64,000 nucleotides of DNA from an uncultured virus (IMG/VR IMGVR_UViG_2523533505_000001) (Duplodnaviria; Heunggongvirae; Uroviricota; Caudoviricetes): the IMG/VR virus record IMGVR_UViG_2523533505_000001, positions 1 to 64,000 of that record; one strand, given 5' to 3'. Below, one piece after another: positions 37,273-46,576 of this stretch (position 1 is its first letter; each line of letters opens with the position of its first letter). A program made the position numbers and the translations under genes. The notes beneath the pieces were generated by a model. It saw only the letters and a list, made by a program, of their open reading frames with translations. It was not told the origin of the DNA and made no database searches.

Positions 37273-38127
37273 ATGGACCCCCGCGTACTGCTCGACGCCT
37301 GGCTCGAGGGCAGCACCCTGCGCCACACCACCCGCGACACCTACCGCCGCGAGGTCACCTCCTGGCTCACCTGGTGCGACACCGCCCGCGTCGACCCGTA
37401 CGACATCGACCCCCACCACGTCGCCCGCTGGTCCGAACAGCGCTACCTCCGCGACGTCCTCGACGGCCGGCCCTTCGACGGACCCCACGCCCTCGCCTAC
37501 CTCGCCCACCACCACCCCGACGTCGCCCGCTCCCACGACAAACGCATCACCGCCCTCACCCAGTTCTACGAGGCCGCCCGCGACCACGACGCCATCCGCT
37601 TCCCCCCCGACCTCACCCTCCTGCGCTCCGGAGTCGACCGCGACGCCGAACCCCCCAAACGCCTCACCGCAATGGAGCGGGCCGTGTTCCTCACCTGCAT
37701 CGGCATGTGGGGCGCCGACCGCGCCCGCCACTACCGGCGCGACCGCCTCATCGCCTACCTCCTCCTCGAAGGCCTGCGCCCCGGCGAAGTCGTCCGCCTC
37801 GACATCCGCCACCTCTACCCCCTGCCCGACGGCAGCTACGAAGTCCGGGCCCCCGACTACGAGTTCGAGGCCGTCGGCGCCAAGCACACCCTCGAGCCGC
37901 TCACCGTGGCCGCCCTCAAGGCTTACCTGCCCAAGCGGCTACGGCCGGCCGACGGCGTCCACGCCGTCATCATCGGCCAGGGCGGCAACCCCGTCGTCTC
38001 CCGCTACCCCAACATGCTCATCCGGCAGATGGCCGCCACCCACCCCCTCCTCGCCGAACGCCATCCACCCGTCACCGCCGACGTCGTCGCCCACACCGGC
38101 TTCTGGGACACCCCCGAGAACCGCTGA
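37273..38127 (+). CDS. tyrosine-recombinase-like protein lacking C-terminal catalytic residues
   Basis: SAM-like N-terminus; RDRLIAYLLLEGLRPGEV; ends at TADVVAHT without HxxR or Tyr. Confidence 0.75.
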   Translation: MDPRVLLDAWLEGSTLRHTTRDTYRREVTSWLTWCDTARVDPYDIDPHHVARWSEQRYLRDVLDGRPFDGPHALAYLAHHHPDVARSHDKRITALTQFYEAARDHDAIRFPPDLTLLRSGVDRDAEPPKRLTAMERAVFLTCIGMWGADRARHYRRDRLIAYLLLEGLRPGEVVRLDIRHLYPLPDGSYEVRAPDYEFEAVGAKHTLEPLTVAALKAYLPKRLRPADGVHAVIIGQGGNPVVSRYPNMLIRQMAATHPLLAERHPPVTADVVAHTGFWDTPENR

Positions 38128-38149
38128 CCGAAGAAATCCGGGCGCGGAC

Positions 38150-38171
38150 TGTCAGACCGCCCTGGCAGGAT
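38150..38171 (+). promoter_or_regulatory. RecA-NDp/PafBC-like leaderless promoter
   Basis: TGTCAG-N10-CAGGAT, 7 nt before ATG; no RBS. Confidence 0.45.
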
Positions 38172-38178
38172 CACCGGC

Positions 38179-39138
38179 ATGCTCATCACACCCCGCCCGG
38201 GCGCGGACCGGAAGAACATCCGCCAGGTACTCAGCGGCGTCCACACCGCGGCCACGAACCTGCAGAAGCCGTACGGCAGCGCCTTCCAGGGGCTGCTGGC
38301 GTATCTGGAGTGGGCCACGGAGTCCGCGCGGATGCTTCGCGCCCAGATCAGCGACCGGGACCTGAACCAGCTCGTGTTCACCGACCGCTACCGGGCGCTG
38401 CTCGGCAGCTGCGGCACCCTCGGCGGTTCCGATCAGCAGCGCCTCGTGAACGGCCTGGTGCAACTCGAGGTCGCCGAACGGATCGAGGCGCTCGCGGCCG
38501 CCCTGAACACGCTCGACACTCGGATCGGCCAGTGGAGCCAGCGGGAGGTGTTCGTCGTCGCCGATTCCAGCTTCTACATCCAGAACGAGGTGAAGCTGGC
38601 CGACGTCGACCTGCACGAGATCCTCGGCGTGGCGCGCCGGGAGTATGTGCGTCTGATGTTCCCGATCGTGGTGGTCGACGAGTTGGACGACCTCAAGGAC
38701 GCCAGCAAGGCGCGGCCCCGCTGGCGTGCCGCCCACACCCTCGGTCGCCTCGACGAAGTCCTCGACGGCCACCAGCACGGGGTCCTGCACGAGGGAGAGC
38801 GCGACGTTCACAAGGGCGAGACGTACGGCAGGGTCAACGTGGAGATCGTCCTCGACCCGCCCGGCCACGTACGCCTGGACCGCCCCGACGTGGAGATCAT
38901 CGACCGGACGGTCGCCATCCAGGGGCTGGCCGGCCGTGAGGTCCGGCTGCTGACGTGCGACACGAGCCAGCACACCCGGGGCCGGGCCGCTGGGCTGAAG
39001 GTGACCAAGGTGGCGACGAAGGACCCCGGCGAGGAGCCGGACTGGGAGACGCTGAACAAGCCGGGCAACGGGACGCGCGCGAAGCGGCGTGCCCGGCAGG
39101 CCGAAGCCGAGGCCCAGGAGGAGTCAGGCGACAGCTAG
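38179..39138 (+). CDS. PIN domain ribonuclease with helical N-terminal domain
   Basis: VVADSSFY, PIVVVDELDDLK, DVEII, LLTCD. Confidence 0.85.
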   Translation: MLITPRPGADRKNIRQVLSGVHTAATNLQKPYGSAFQGLLAYLEWATESARMLRAQISDRDLNQLVFTDRYRALLGSCGTLGGSDQQRLVNGLVQLEVAERIEALAAALNTLDTRIGQWSQREVFVVADSSFYIQNEVKLADVDLHEILGVARREYVRLMFPIVVVDELDDLKDASKARPRWRAAHTLGRLDEVLDGHQHGVLHEGERDVHKGETYGRVNVEIVLDPPGHVRLDRPDVEIIDRTVAIQGLAGREVRLLTCDTSQHTRGRAAGLKVTKVATKDPGEEPDWETLNKPGNGTRAKRRARQAEAEAQEESGDS

Positions 39139-40298
39139 TCGTCGTCCTGCACCGCTGCGCGGCCGATCTGGGCGAGTGGGTTCATGTCGCCGGCGGCGTC
39201 GTCCTCGTCGACGTAGCCGATCAGGGCCTTGGACTTGTCGCTCCAGCCACCGTGGCGGCCGATGCGGACCATGTCGACGCCGGCCTTGCGGGCGGACTTC
39301 ACGAAGCCGCGGCGGTTGGAGTGGGAGGTCCAGCGGCCGGGGAGTCCGGTGCGGCCGATGGAGCGGGCCACGATGTCGGAGGCGGCTTCGATGGTCATGC
39401 GGCCGTCGGGGTCGCCGATCGGTTTGCCTTTGCGGGTCATGGGCGGGGCGAGGTAGCCCCAGCGGTCCATGCGCAGGAAAAGGGCGCCCTGGGTGTGGCC
39501 GTTGTCGGCGAGCGCGGCCGCGAGTGCCCGTACGGCGCGCACTGTGCACAGGTCGGGCTCGGGGTCGAGGACGATGGTGACGTTCTGCCAGGTCTTTCGC
39601 TTCTTGCGGTAGACGCGGGCCTGGAGTCCGCCGTCCTCGAGTTCGGTGAAGCTGCCGGGCCAGTCCAGGGGGACGAGTTCGCTGCCGCGGGAGGCGAGGG
39701 CGTGCCCGAGGAGCATGAGGGCGGCGTCGCGTTTCCCGGCGAGGGTGGTGCGGTCCAGTTCGGCGAGGGCCAGGCGCAGGACGTCGCGGTCGGCGGGGCT
39801 GGCCTTGCGGGGCTGGGCGGCGGGGTCCTTGGCGTTGGAGAGGGCCTCGCGGTAGCCAGCCACGACCTTGCGGGCGCCCATGGTGTCGGGAGGCTGGTAT
39901 CCAGCGGCGCGGTGGGCGGAGCGGATGGCGGCGATGATGGCGTCCATCGTGTTCGGCCCGTAGGGCTTGCCGGTCGCGGCGCGGGGGGTGCGCTTGAGGT
40001 GGGACACGTAGGCGGTGACGGTCTGGGGTGCGGCGGGCATGACCCGGCGGCCTACGGTGGCGCACCATTCGGCGAAGCGCCGCATGTGGCCTTCATAGGC
40101 GTCGGATGTGGCCTTGGGGATGCCGGCCTGGACGTCTTCCTGTGCCTCGGGGGGAAGCCAGGCGTCGGGGTCCTCCTCGTGCAGGGGGACGGCGGGCGTT
40201 CGGTCTTCGGGGATGGCCGGGAGTCGGTCGTCGACCAGCTCGGCGTCGACTACCTGTTCTTCGGGCAGGTCAGTCACTGGTGGGCGTTTGTGTGTCAT
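39135..40298 (-). CDS. Cre-like tyrosine recombinase (probable dimer resolvase)
   Basis: RDAALMLLGHALASRGSEL, SHSNRRG, HGGW...LIGY; start may be GTG 40277. Confidence 0.92.
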   Translation of the reverse strand: MTHKRPPVTDLPEEQVVDAELVDDRLPAIPEDRTPAVPLHEEDPDAWLPPEAQEDVQAGIPKATSDAYEGHMRRFAEWCATVGRRVMPAAPQTVTAYVSHLKRTPRAATGKPYGPNTMDAIIAAIRSAHRAAGYQPPDTMGARKVVAGYREALSNAKDPAAQPRKASPADRDVLRLALAELDRTTLAGKRDAALMLLGHALASRGSELVPLDWPGSFTELEDGGLQARVYRKKRKTWQNVTIVLDPEPDLCTVRAVRALAAALADNGHTQGALFLRMDRWGYLAPPMTRKGKPIGDPDGRMTIEAASDIVARSIGRTGLPGRWTSHSNRRGFVKSARKAGVDMVRIGRHGGWSDKSKALIGYVDEDDAAGDMNPLAQIGRAAVQDDD

Positions 40299-40494
40299 CG
40301 GCGGGGATCAGTCCGGCACGGATAGCGGCCTTGAGGTAGTTGCGGGCATCAGGCAGCGCGCCCTCGCGCTCCTCGTCCGTCAGTTCTTCCCAGGTGGGGT
40401 TGTACACGCCCTCATGCGAGATCTGCTGGCGCCACTTGGCGAGAGCGAGCACGCGGGGGTCGTTCATCTCGATGTGCGGCAGCGGCATGGGCAC
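40270..40494 (-). CDS. hypothetical protein
   Basis: AAGGGA RBS; overlaps recombinase start. Confidence 0.6.
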   Translation of the reverse strand: MPMPLPHIEMNDPRVLALAKWRQQISHEGVYNPTWEELTDEEREGALPDARNYLKAAIRAGLIPADDTQTPTSD

Positions 40495-40567
40495 AGGGCG
40501 TTCCCTTCGTCAGCAAGGAGGACGTTCGCATAAATCCTACGCGGAAGATCACTCCGTAGAAGGAACA

Positions 40568-40783
40568 TTAACCGGAGCCAGAGGCGTCGTTGCCCTGCTT
40601 TCGTGCCGCCTTCGCCTCGTCGGGCAGCAGTCCGGCCTCGCGGAGCATGACAGCCTGGTGCCCGGGATGAGACTTCCCCAACTCGGACCAACCGCATAGG
40701 CAGCCGCCACGATGGCGTTGGTGGGCGATGAGGATCAGCTCAGCTTCCCGCAACTTCGTCGCAGCTTGGGGCAGAGAGTTCAT
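40568..40783 (-). CDS. hypothetical protein
   Basis: CAGACT -10 before a leaderless ATG; CLCGW...H..HQA. Confidence 0.55.
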   Translation of the reverse strand: MNSLPQAATKLREAELILIAHQRHRGGCLCGWSELGKSHPGHQAVMLREAGLLPDEAKAARKQGNDASGSG

Positions 40784-40851
40784 ACCGACAGTCTGACTTG
40801 GCTGTCTTCGTCCATTCCCCCGCTACCCAGGGAGGTAGGTCAGCCAGTCGG

Positions 40852-41160
40852 TCAGGATCGGGGTGTTCCGTACGGGTCCCAGCCGGGCTGGAAGTCGGGG
40901 TGGTCGTCCCACTCCCGGGCAACCCGAGCTAGGTAGTGGAACGGCATGGCCGGGTCTTCACCGCGCTCGAGTTCCGCCTGTGCGACTCCCTTGATGTAGA
41001 CGGTGAGGTCCAGCAAGGCGCCCAACGCCTTCGCCTCCTCGGAGTCGTACCGTGCTGCGTCGCGCAGCGGCTTGACCCGGGCCTGGATGAAGTCGACGAG
41101 TGCGTCGATGTCCTCCTGCGTGTGGGGTGGCGAAGGTGTGTACGTGTTCTGGTCGGTCAT
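40852..41160 (-). CDS. hypothetical protein (DUF6221-like termini)
   Basis: LVDFIQARV...WDDHPDFQPGW. Confidence 0.7.
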   Translation of the reverse strand: MTDQNTYTPSPPHTQEDIDALVDFIQARVKPLRDAARYDSEEAKALGALLDLTVYIKGVAQAELERGEDPAMPFHYLARVAREWDDHPDFQPGWDPYGTPRS

Positions 41161-41310
41161 GACGCCATCATGCCGAACCATCGCGGGCCCGAGCGCGTGA
41201 CACCGAAACGGGTACGGCCCCCTCCGTCCAAAAGGGGGCCGCCGCATAGTCCGATCGTCCTCAACCCCACCGGGGCCTGAACCATCAGCCACAAGTGAGC
41301 TTATCGCGCC

Positions 41311-41523
41311 TCACAGCCCGTCAGATTCTTCGCCAGGAGCAATCCTCTGCTCGGGCCGTCCGGGAAGTTCGGCACCGGGTAGACCGGCGTACCACGCCCA
41401 CAATGCGCGGGTGACTGCCGAACGGTCGCTGTTGGCGGCGCGTGCCGCTGCGTCGAACGTCTCTACCTCTTCGTCGGGGATGCCGCGTACGACTCGCTGT
41501 CGGTGCTTGTGCATGTTGGCCAT
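41311..41523 (-). CDS. small RHH-like regulator
   Basis: VVRGIPDEEVETFDAAARAANSDRSAVTRALWAWY. Confidence 0.7.
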   Translation of the reverse strand: MANMHKHRQRVVRGIPDEEVETFDAAARAANSDRSAVTRALWAWYAGLPGAELPGRPEQRIAPGEESDGL

Positions 41524-41539
41524 GAACCCCATGGTGACA

Positions 41540-41591
41540 GGTGGCTTGCCACCCGTCAAAGGGTGTGTCATAGTGGAGGTGGCAAGCCACC
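41540..41591. promoter_or_regulatory. divergent promoter flanked by paired operators
   Basis: GGTGGCTTGCCACC 41540-41553 and its reverse complement 41578-41591; TTGCCA-17-CATAGT. Confidence 0.7.
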
Positions 41592-41611
41592 CGTGAGCAG
41601 GGGAGACAGAA

Positions 41612-42361
41612 GTGAACGCCACGAAGACCTACCGGAAGTGCTGGAACTGCGACCAGCCCGCCACCCACACCCTGACCCGCGAGGGCTCCAACACCCTCCA
41701 CGCCTGCGACAACTGCACCCGCATCGACCGCACCGAGGCCGAGTCGCGCGGATGGACCATCACCAAGCTGCCCGGCGACCACGGGCCAGTCGCTTTCCAG
41801 GACGTGCGCGAGGGCGATACCCTCAGCTTCTCCCGGCGGGACAACGGCTTCGGCGGGACCGGGGACATCCTGCGACTCACCGGCACCGCCACCAAGGTCA
41901 CCGACAACACGGTCACCGTCGAGATCACGGGTCACAACCCGCTCGCCGAAGACGTCTTCGTAGGCGGCAAGTCCCGCAGGCTGGGCCGCACCGCCAGCCT
42001 GCGCCGGGCCAACTGGCACGAGCGCGACGTCCACCGGATCGCAAAGGCGACCCGCCGCCCGTTCAACGCCGCGAACGTGCAGTACGTCGACGAGGGCAAC
42101 TTCGTCACCGCCGTGTGGTGCTCCGACCCGGCCATCGACCCGAAGACCGCCCTGGACAACATCCTCCGCTCCTACGCGGAAGAGGTGCCCTACGAGGTGG
42201 TTCAGATCGCCGAGGCCACGCGGCACTACAAGCGCGAGGGCGCCAACTTCTCCGGCTGGATCATCAGCCGAGGCAAGGACTACAGCACCGAGCCCATCGC
42301 CCAGAAGCGGAACGCCATCAAGGAACTGCGCGGCTGGGTCGAGAGCTACTTCACCCGCTGA
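41612..42361 (+). CDS. hypothetical protein with N-terminal Zn ribbon
   Basis: GGGAG RBS; CWNC...CDNC. Confidence 0.75.
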   Translation: MNATKTYRKCWNCDQPATHTLTREGSNTLHACDNCTRIDRTEAESRGWTITKLPGDHGPVAFQDVREGDTLSFSRRDNGFGGTGDILRLTGTATKVTDNTVTVEITGHNPLAEDVFVGGKSRRLGRTASLRRANWHERDVHRIAKATRRPFNAANVQYVDEGNFVTAVWCSDPAIDPKTALDNILRSYAEEVPYEVVQIAEATRHYKREGANFSGWIISRGKDYSTEPIAQKRNAIKELRGWVESYFTR

Positions 42362-42378
42362 CCGACCTCGAACGTGAC

Positions 42379-42413
42379 GGTGCCCCGGCTGAGGAAAGCA
42401 GCCGGGGCACACC
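42379..42413 (+). terminator. hairpin terminator
   Basis: GGTGCCCCGGCTG...CAGCCGGGGCAC. Confidence 0.6.
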
Positions 42414-42605
42414 GCTACACTCTACGCAGGCGCTCGCGCCGCAGGACTCCCACCTAAATAGCAGGGGCGTCCAGGGATGGGAGCCGGACTGACCCTACGG
42501 GGCAGCATCCGGCGAGGCTGCCGCACTACGGCCTGAACGCGGACCCTGCCGCCCCGCCCGCAGGAAACCGAAGCCCCGCCACCGTGCGGGGCTTCGGCGC
42601 GTCCG

Positions 42606-42773
42606 CTACTTCCCGCCGCGCGCCGCCTCCACCCCAGCCAGGCACACCACGCACAGCGGGCAGCCGCCGAACCCGTACCGGTGCGTGGGATGCCCGCAGC
42701 TGGCGCATGGCCCGACCTGTGCGGGCGGGCACACGGGGGCGGGTGGCTTCGGTCTATCGAGGGTCGTGGTCAT
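42606..42773 (-). CDS. small Cys-rich protein
   Basis: CASC...RYG.GGCPLC..C; followed by hairpin at 42569-42597. Confidence 0.55.
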   Translation of the reverse strand: MTTTLDRPKPPAPVCPPAQVGPCASCGHPTHRYGFGGCPLCVVCLAGVEAARGGK

Positions 42774-42868
42774 GCCCGTCATCGTACGTACGCGCGGTCC
42801 GATGGGCCCGGCGGGCCGGGGTTCGTGCCAGGGCAACGGTGTGCCGGAATGTGCCCAGACTGAAGGGC

Positions 42869-43600
42869 ATGCCCACCACAAAACGGCGCATCCGCCGCAC
42901 ACTGCTCCCCGCCATATCGGCCATCGCGGCCTCGACCGCGCTGATCGCCGCGACCACCGCCACCCCGGTCTACAAGGGCACAGGCTGGAAGGCCCTCACC
43001 AGCTACAACATCTACTCCCTGCACCCCGGCCCGTACACCGTGGTTTTCGCCGACAGCACCGCCCGCACCAAGCTCACTCCGTACATGAAGATCCCCGCCG
43101 GGAACGTCACCACCAACGTCGGTGTCACCGTGACCGTCTCCAGCCTCATCGACACCACCCCCGTCGAGCTGTGCCCGGCCAGGCACCGCATCGTTGTGCA
43201 CTACCTGCACAGGCCCGCCGGCACCGCAGGCGTCAGCCGGGCTCTGCCCTGCCACGACACCACGGACGGCTCCGCCTGGGGCGGCCACATCCTCATGGAC
43301 TCCGAGTACTGGACCGTCCCGAACTGGTTCTCCACCAACGCGACGACGAACGAGATCTACCGCAGGAACGGGGTCGCCCACGAGTTCGGACACATCCTGG
43401 GCCTGGAGCACCCGAACTACGACCGGGACCGGGACGGCACGGTCGAGGCATTCGAGTGCGTGAGGACCAGCGCGGGCTGGCGTCCTTCGCTGTGTGCCCC
43501 GAACGGCGGGTACCGGACGTGGGCGGGGGCGGGGAAGTACACGCCGGAGTTCGACCTGCCGGGGCTGCGGCAGATGCTCCGCAACTACTATCTCCGGTAG
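42869..43600 (+). CDS. secreted metzincin (matrixin-like) zinc metallopeptidase
   Basis: Signal peptide; HEFGHILGLEH. Confidence 0.85.
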   Translation: MPTTKRRIRRTLLPAISAIAASTALIAATTATPVYKGTGWKALTSYNIYSLHPGPYTVVFADSTARTKLTPYMKIPAGNVTTNVGVTVTVSSLIDTTPVELCPARHRIVVHYLHRPAGTAGVSRALPCHDTTDGSAWGGHILMDSEYWTVPNWFSTNATTNEIYRRNGVAHEFGHILGLEHPNYDRDRDGTVEAFECVRTSAGWRPSLCAPNGGYRTWAGAGKYTPEFDLPGLRQMLRNYYLR

Positions 43601-43622
43601 GCCGCGCCCGGGGGCCGTGCGG

Positions 43623-45602
43623 TCAGCTGGCGGCGGCCCACACGTTGTTCGCATCCGGTGTGTACCCGGACAGGGTGATGCTCGTCGGGAGGGACGTCTG
43701 CCCGGCGGCGCTTCGGCAGAACCGGTACGTGCCCGCCGTCAGGTTGGCGTTGCCGGGGGTGAAGCTGGCGCCGAGCGTGCTGCCGCAGGCGAACGTCGGG
43801 CTGGTGGTGCCGTTGAAGAGGAACGCCGCGTACAGCTTGCCCGCCGGGGCCGCGTATGAGCCGGTCAGTGTCATCGCCTTGTTGCCTGCGCTGTTCCACG
43901 TCGTCGACATGTCGGTCGTGATGCCGACCCGGTTGCCGACGGTGTCGTAGTAGCCGGCCAGGCACTGGCCGGAGGTGAGTCCGGACCCGGCCGCGCCGAG
44001 TACGGCGTGCACCTTGGTGAGGGTGGCGGGCACCCTGAGGAGCAGCTGCACCAGGTAGATGAATCCGGCGGAAAGGGTGGTGCCCGCCGCGGTGCACGAG
44101 GCCGGGTCCATCGACCAGGCGGCCAGGCCCTGGTCGGTGGGCGTCCACTCGGAGCCTGGTGCCGCAGGGGTAACCCACGTGCCGGGCTCCCCCGCGCCCG
44201 TGCACAGCCACCACGCGCCGGCCGAGTCCTGCACTGTGTCGCCCGCCGCCCACACGCCCGTCGTCGGCGGCCCGGAGGTCGCCCGTCGGCCTACGAGGCG
44301 GATGTTGGTCTGGCTGTTCTTCGCGCCGAGCGCCGCGACGCCGGTGGTGGGGTCGATGGTGTGGACGGCTGTTCCGTAGAGGCTGTCGACGTACTCTCGC
44401 TTGCCCGCGTGCTGCACGTTGAGGGCGTCGGCCGAGTAGCGGTCGTAGCTGCGCTGGGTGCCGTTGAATCCGGTGCCGGACCAGGCAGAGACGATCAGGT
44501 CGGCGCCGGTGGCTTCCAGGTCGAGGGCGCCTCCGCCGCGCCGGAATCGGTAGCCCTTCTCCACGTCTGCGACGGTGAGGTCGCCATTGGAGACGTTGGC
44601 GTTTCCTGCCACGTTCAGGCCGGACAGCCAGGCGGTTCCGTTCTCGATCGCGGAGACGCGGGTGAGGCAGTCCTGTACGAATCCGTCGAGGTCGGTGACG
44701 GCTCCGCCGAGGCTGGTGACCGCGCTGTTCGTGGTGCCGAGGGCGGTGGCGGTGGCGAACTTGTTGTCGGCCCAGGCCCGGTCGCCGTGCGGGTCGGTGG
44801 CGGCGCTGTGGGCGCTGACGGTGGTGGTCGCGGTTCCGGCGGGTTCGGCGCCGATGTCGGCCGGGGCAATGGGATCGGCGCCGGCTGTCGCGTGGGAGGC
44901 GGCGTGCGCGGTGGGGGTGCGCGGGTTCGTTGTGGTCGGGTCGGTGGAGCGCAGTGCGATGTCGTCGCCTGCCCCGGCGGCGCCGAGGTCGGGTTGGGGC
45001 CCGGCAGGGCCTTCCGGGCCGGCAGGGCCTTCCGGGCCGGTCGGTCCTTCCGGGCCGGTCGGTCCTTCCGGGCCNNNNNNNNNNCCTTCCGGGCCGGTCG
45101 GTCCTTCCGGGCCGGTCGGTCCTTCCGGGCCCTGTGGCCCGGTGCCGCCTTGCGGCCCCTGGGGTCCTTCGGGCCCGGTGGCTCCCGTCGCGCCGGTGGC
45201 GCCGGCTGATCCTGCGGGGCCCTGGGGGCCGGGGAGGTAGACGACGGTGCCGCCGCCGGTGACCGTGTCGGACAGGTCAGCGCGGATGTTCCCGGCCCAG
45301 AACGGGCCGCCCGTCTCGGGCACGACGACGTAGGTGATGATCGGGTTGCCGTCATTCGCGCGGCCTTCCTGGATCGCCCACAGGGTGTCCCCCGCGTCCG
45401 AGGCGATCAGAGGGTTGGCGGTCAGATCGACCGTCCAGTGGCCTTCCCCGTCGGCGGTGATGGTGACGGGGCCGACCAGTTCGCCGGGAACGCTGGCGAC
45501 GTAGCCGACCGCAGGCTTCCCGGTGACGTCGACGAGGGTGGCCCTCATCTCCACGCGCTGAGGGTTGGCGGGCCCGATGAGCTTGCCGTTCACCGTGGTC
45601 AT
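43623..45602 (-). CDS. collagen-like tail fibre / minor structural protein
   Basis: Gly-X-Y repeats; spans a 10-N assembly gap. Confidence 0.85.
   Translation of the reverse strand: MTTVNGKLIGPANPQRVEMRATLVDVTGKPAVGYVASVPGELVGPVTITADGEGHWTVDLTANPLIASDAGDTLWAIQEGRANDGNPIITYVVVPETGGPFWAGNIRADLSDTVTGGGTVVYLPGPQGPAGSAGATGATGATGPEGPQGPQGGTGPQGPEGPTGPEGPTGPEXXXXGPEGPTGPEGPTGPEGPAGPEGPAGPQPDLGAAGAGDDIALRSTDPTTTNPRTPTAHAASHATAGADPIAPADIGAEPAGTATTTVSAHSAATDPHGDRAWADNKFATATALGTTNSAVTSLGGAVTDLDGFVQDCLTRVSAIENGTAWLSGLNVAGNANVSNGDLTVADVEKGYRFRRGGGALDLEATGADLIVSAWSGTGFNGTQRSYDRYSADALNVQHAGKREYVDSLYGTAVHTIDPTTGVAALGAKNSQTNIRLVGRRATSGPPTTGVWAAGDTVQDSAGAWWLCTGAGEPGTWVTPAAPGSEWTPTDQGLAAWSMDPASCTAAGTTLSAGFIYLVQLLLRVPATLTKVHAVLGAAGSGLTSGQCLAGYYDTVGNRVGITTDMSTTWNSAGNKAMTLTGSYAAPAGKLYAAFLFNGTTSPTFACGSTLGASFTPGNANLTAGTYRFCRSAAGQTSLPTSITLSGYTPDANNVWAAAS
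44990..45235. repeat. 9/18-bp collagen tandem repeat with assembly gap (N 45075-45084)
   Basis: CCTTCCGGGCCGGTCGGT units. Confidence 0.9.
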
Positions 45603-45615
45603 CGTCGTACTCCCG

Positions 45616-45960
45616 TCAAGGCGAAGGCGGTGGGCCGGGCGGATGGTCGATGTCGTGCAGGGCTCCCTGGTGCTGGGCGCGCAGCACCATACGGGTGCGC
45701 TGCACCACGAGGGCCGCTATGAGCACGAGCAGCACAGTGCGGGTGGCCCGGAAGACAGTGGCCGGGGCGCCGTCCGGCCACAGGGTGATCGCGACGGTGT
45801 AGGCGCCGAGGGCCCCTATCGCGACGGTGAAGGTCATCAGGTGGCGGCCCACCGCAGTGGAGCGCCATGGTGCGTGCCGGTGATAGACGACAGCGAACAC
45901 TAGGCAGGCAAGGGCGACCAAGCCCGATGCTGCTGTGTTGGCCAGCTGCGCGCAGTCCAT
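45616..45960 (-). CDS. three-TM putative holin
   Basis: [12 protein letters not shown]; three TM; in lysis cassette. Confidence 0.7.
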   Translation of the reverse strand: MDCAQLANTAASGLVALACLVFAVVYHRHAPWRSTAVGRHLMTFTVAIGALGAYTVAITLWPDGAPATVFRATRTVLLVLIAALVVQRTRMVLRAQHQGALHDIDHPPGPPPSP

Positions 45961-46193
45961 CAGTGACGGCCTCCCTCCAAGGCAGAGCGGAACAGTTCCG
46001 CGAAGTGGTTTCTCTCTCGCTCGCGTGCCAGGCGCGCGGCAAAATGGGCGACGGCCGGCCGGTGTGCTTCGACCTCTTGGCGCGCCTCACGGGCGCGGGA
46101 GAGCGCCGATCGGGCCTCCCGCTGCCCTGGGGTCTCTGAGCGGCTCGGGGCGGGCTCAGGACGGCGGCGCAGCAACCGTCGAATCCATCGCAT
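45960..46193 (-). CDS. small basic lysis-cassette protein
   Basis: RERNHFAE motif typical of actinophage lysis cassettes. Confidence 0.65.
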   Translation of the reverse strand: MRWIRRLLRRRPEPAPSRSETPGQREARSALSRAREARQEVEAHRPAVAHFAARLARERERNHFAELFRSALEGGRH

Positions 46194-46491
46194 TCCCCGG
46201 CACCTCCCCTCGTATGGCGCGCAGGACGTGGTCGGCTACGCGGGACAGTTCCAACAGTTCACCGACCTGGTTCTGGGCCTCGATGCGTGCGGCTTCGCTC
46301 TCGCGGTGGGCCTCCCGCCACGCGTTGCGTTCCGCCAGGAGTTCGGCGACACGCGCGTCGCGGTCCTTGCGGACGTCCTCCAGGACGGCCCGTGAGACGA
46401 GGTTCCCTCGGAGAATGAGCAGCACGATCAGGGTGACGAGGGCCCCGGCTCCGCCCGGCAGGAGGACGTCTATGGCCGACAGCTCGTTCAC
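46156..46491 (-). CDS. TM plus coiled-coil lysis-cassette protein
   Basis: AGGAG RBS; LVTLIVLLILRGNLV. Confidence 0.7.
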   Translation of the reverse strand: MNELSAIDVLLPGGAGALVTLIVLLILRGNLVSRAVLEDVRKDRDARVAELLAERNAWREAHRESEAARIEAQNQVGELLELSRVADHVLRAIRGEVPGNAMDSTVAAPPS

Positions 46492-46576
46492 CGGTGCCGC
46501 TCCTAGTAGTTGTGGTCTGGCCAGGCACGACAGGTCTGCTGCCAGGCATGTGCTGTCGTGCCGGACAGACATGGCG

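Noticed and set aside
37374..38939. Long Arg/Pro-rich alternative ORFs (also 56597-59239, 38955-40325, 16340-17884)
   Set aside because: Shadow frames of real genes caused by high GC and scarce stop codons.
44990..45235. Regular repeat array as CRISPR or iterons
   Set aside because: No spacers; it is in-frame Gly-X-Y collagen coding sequence. The 10 N are an assembly gap, so repeat number and any frame shift there are unreliable.
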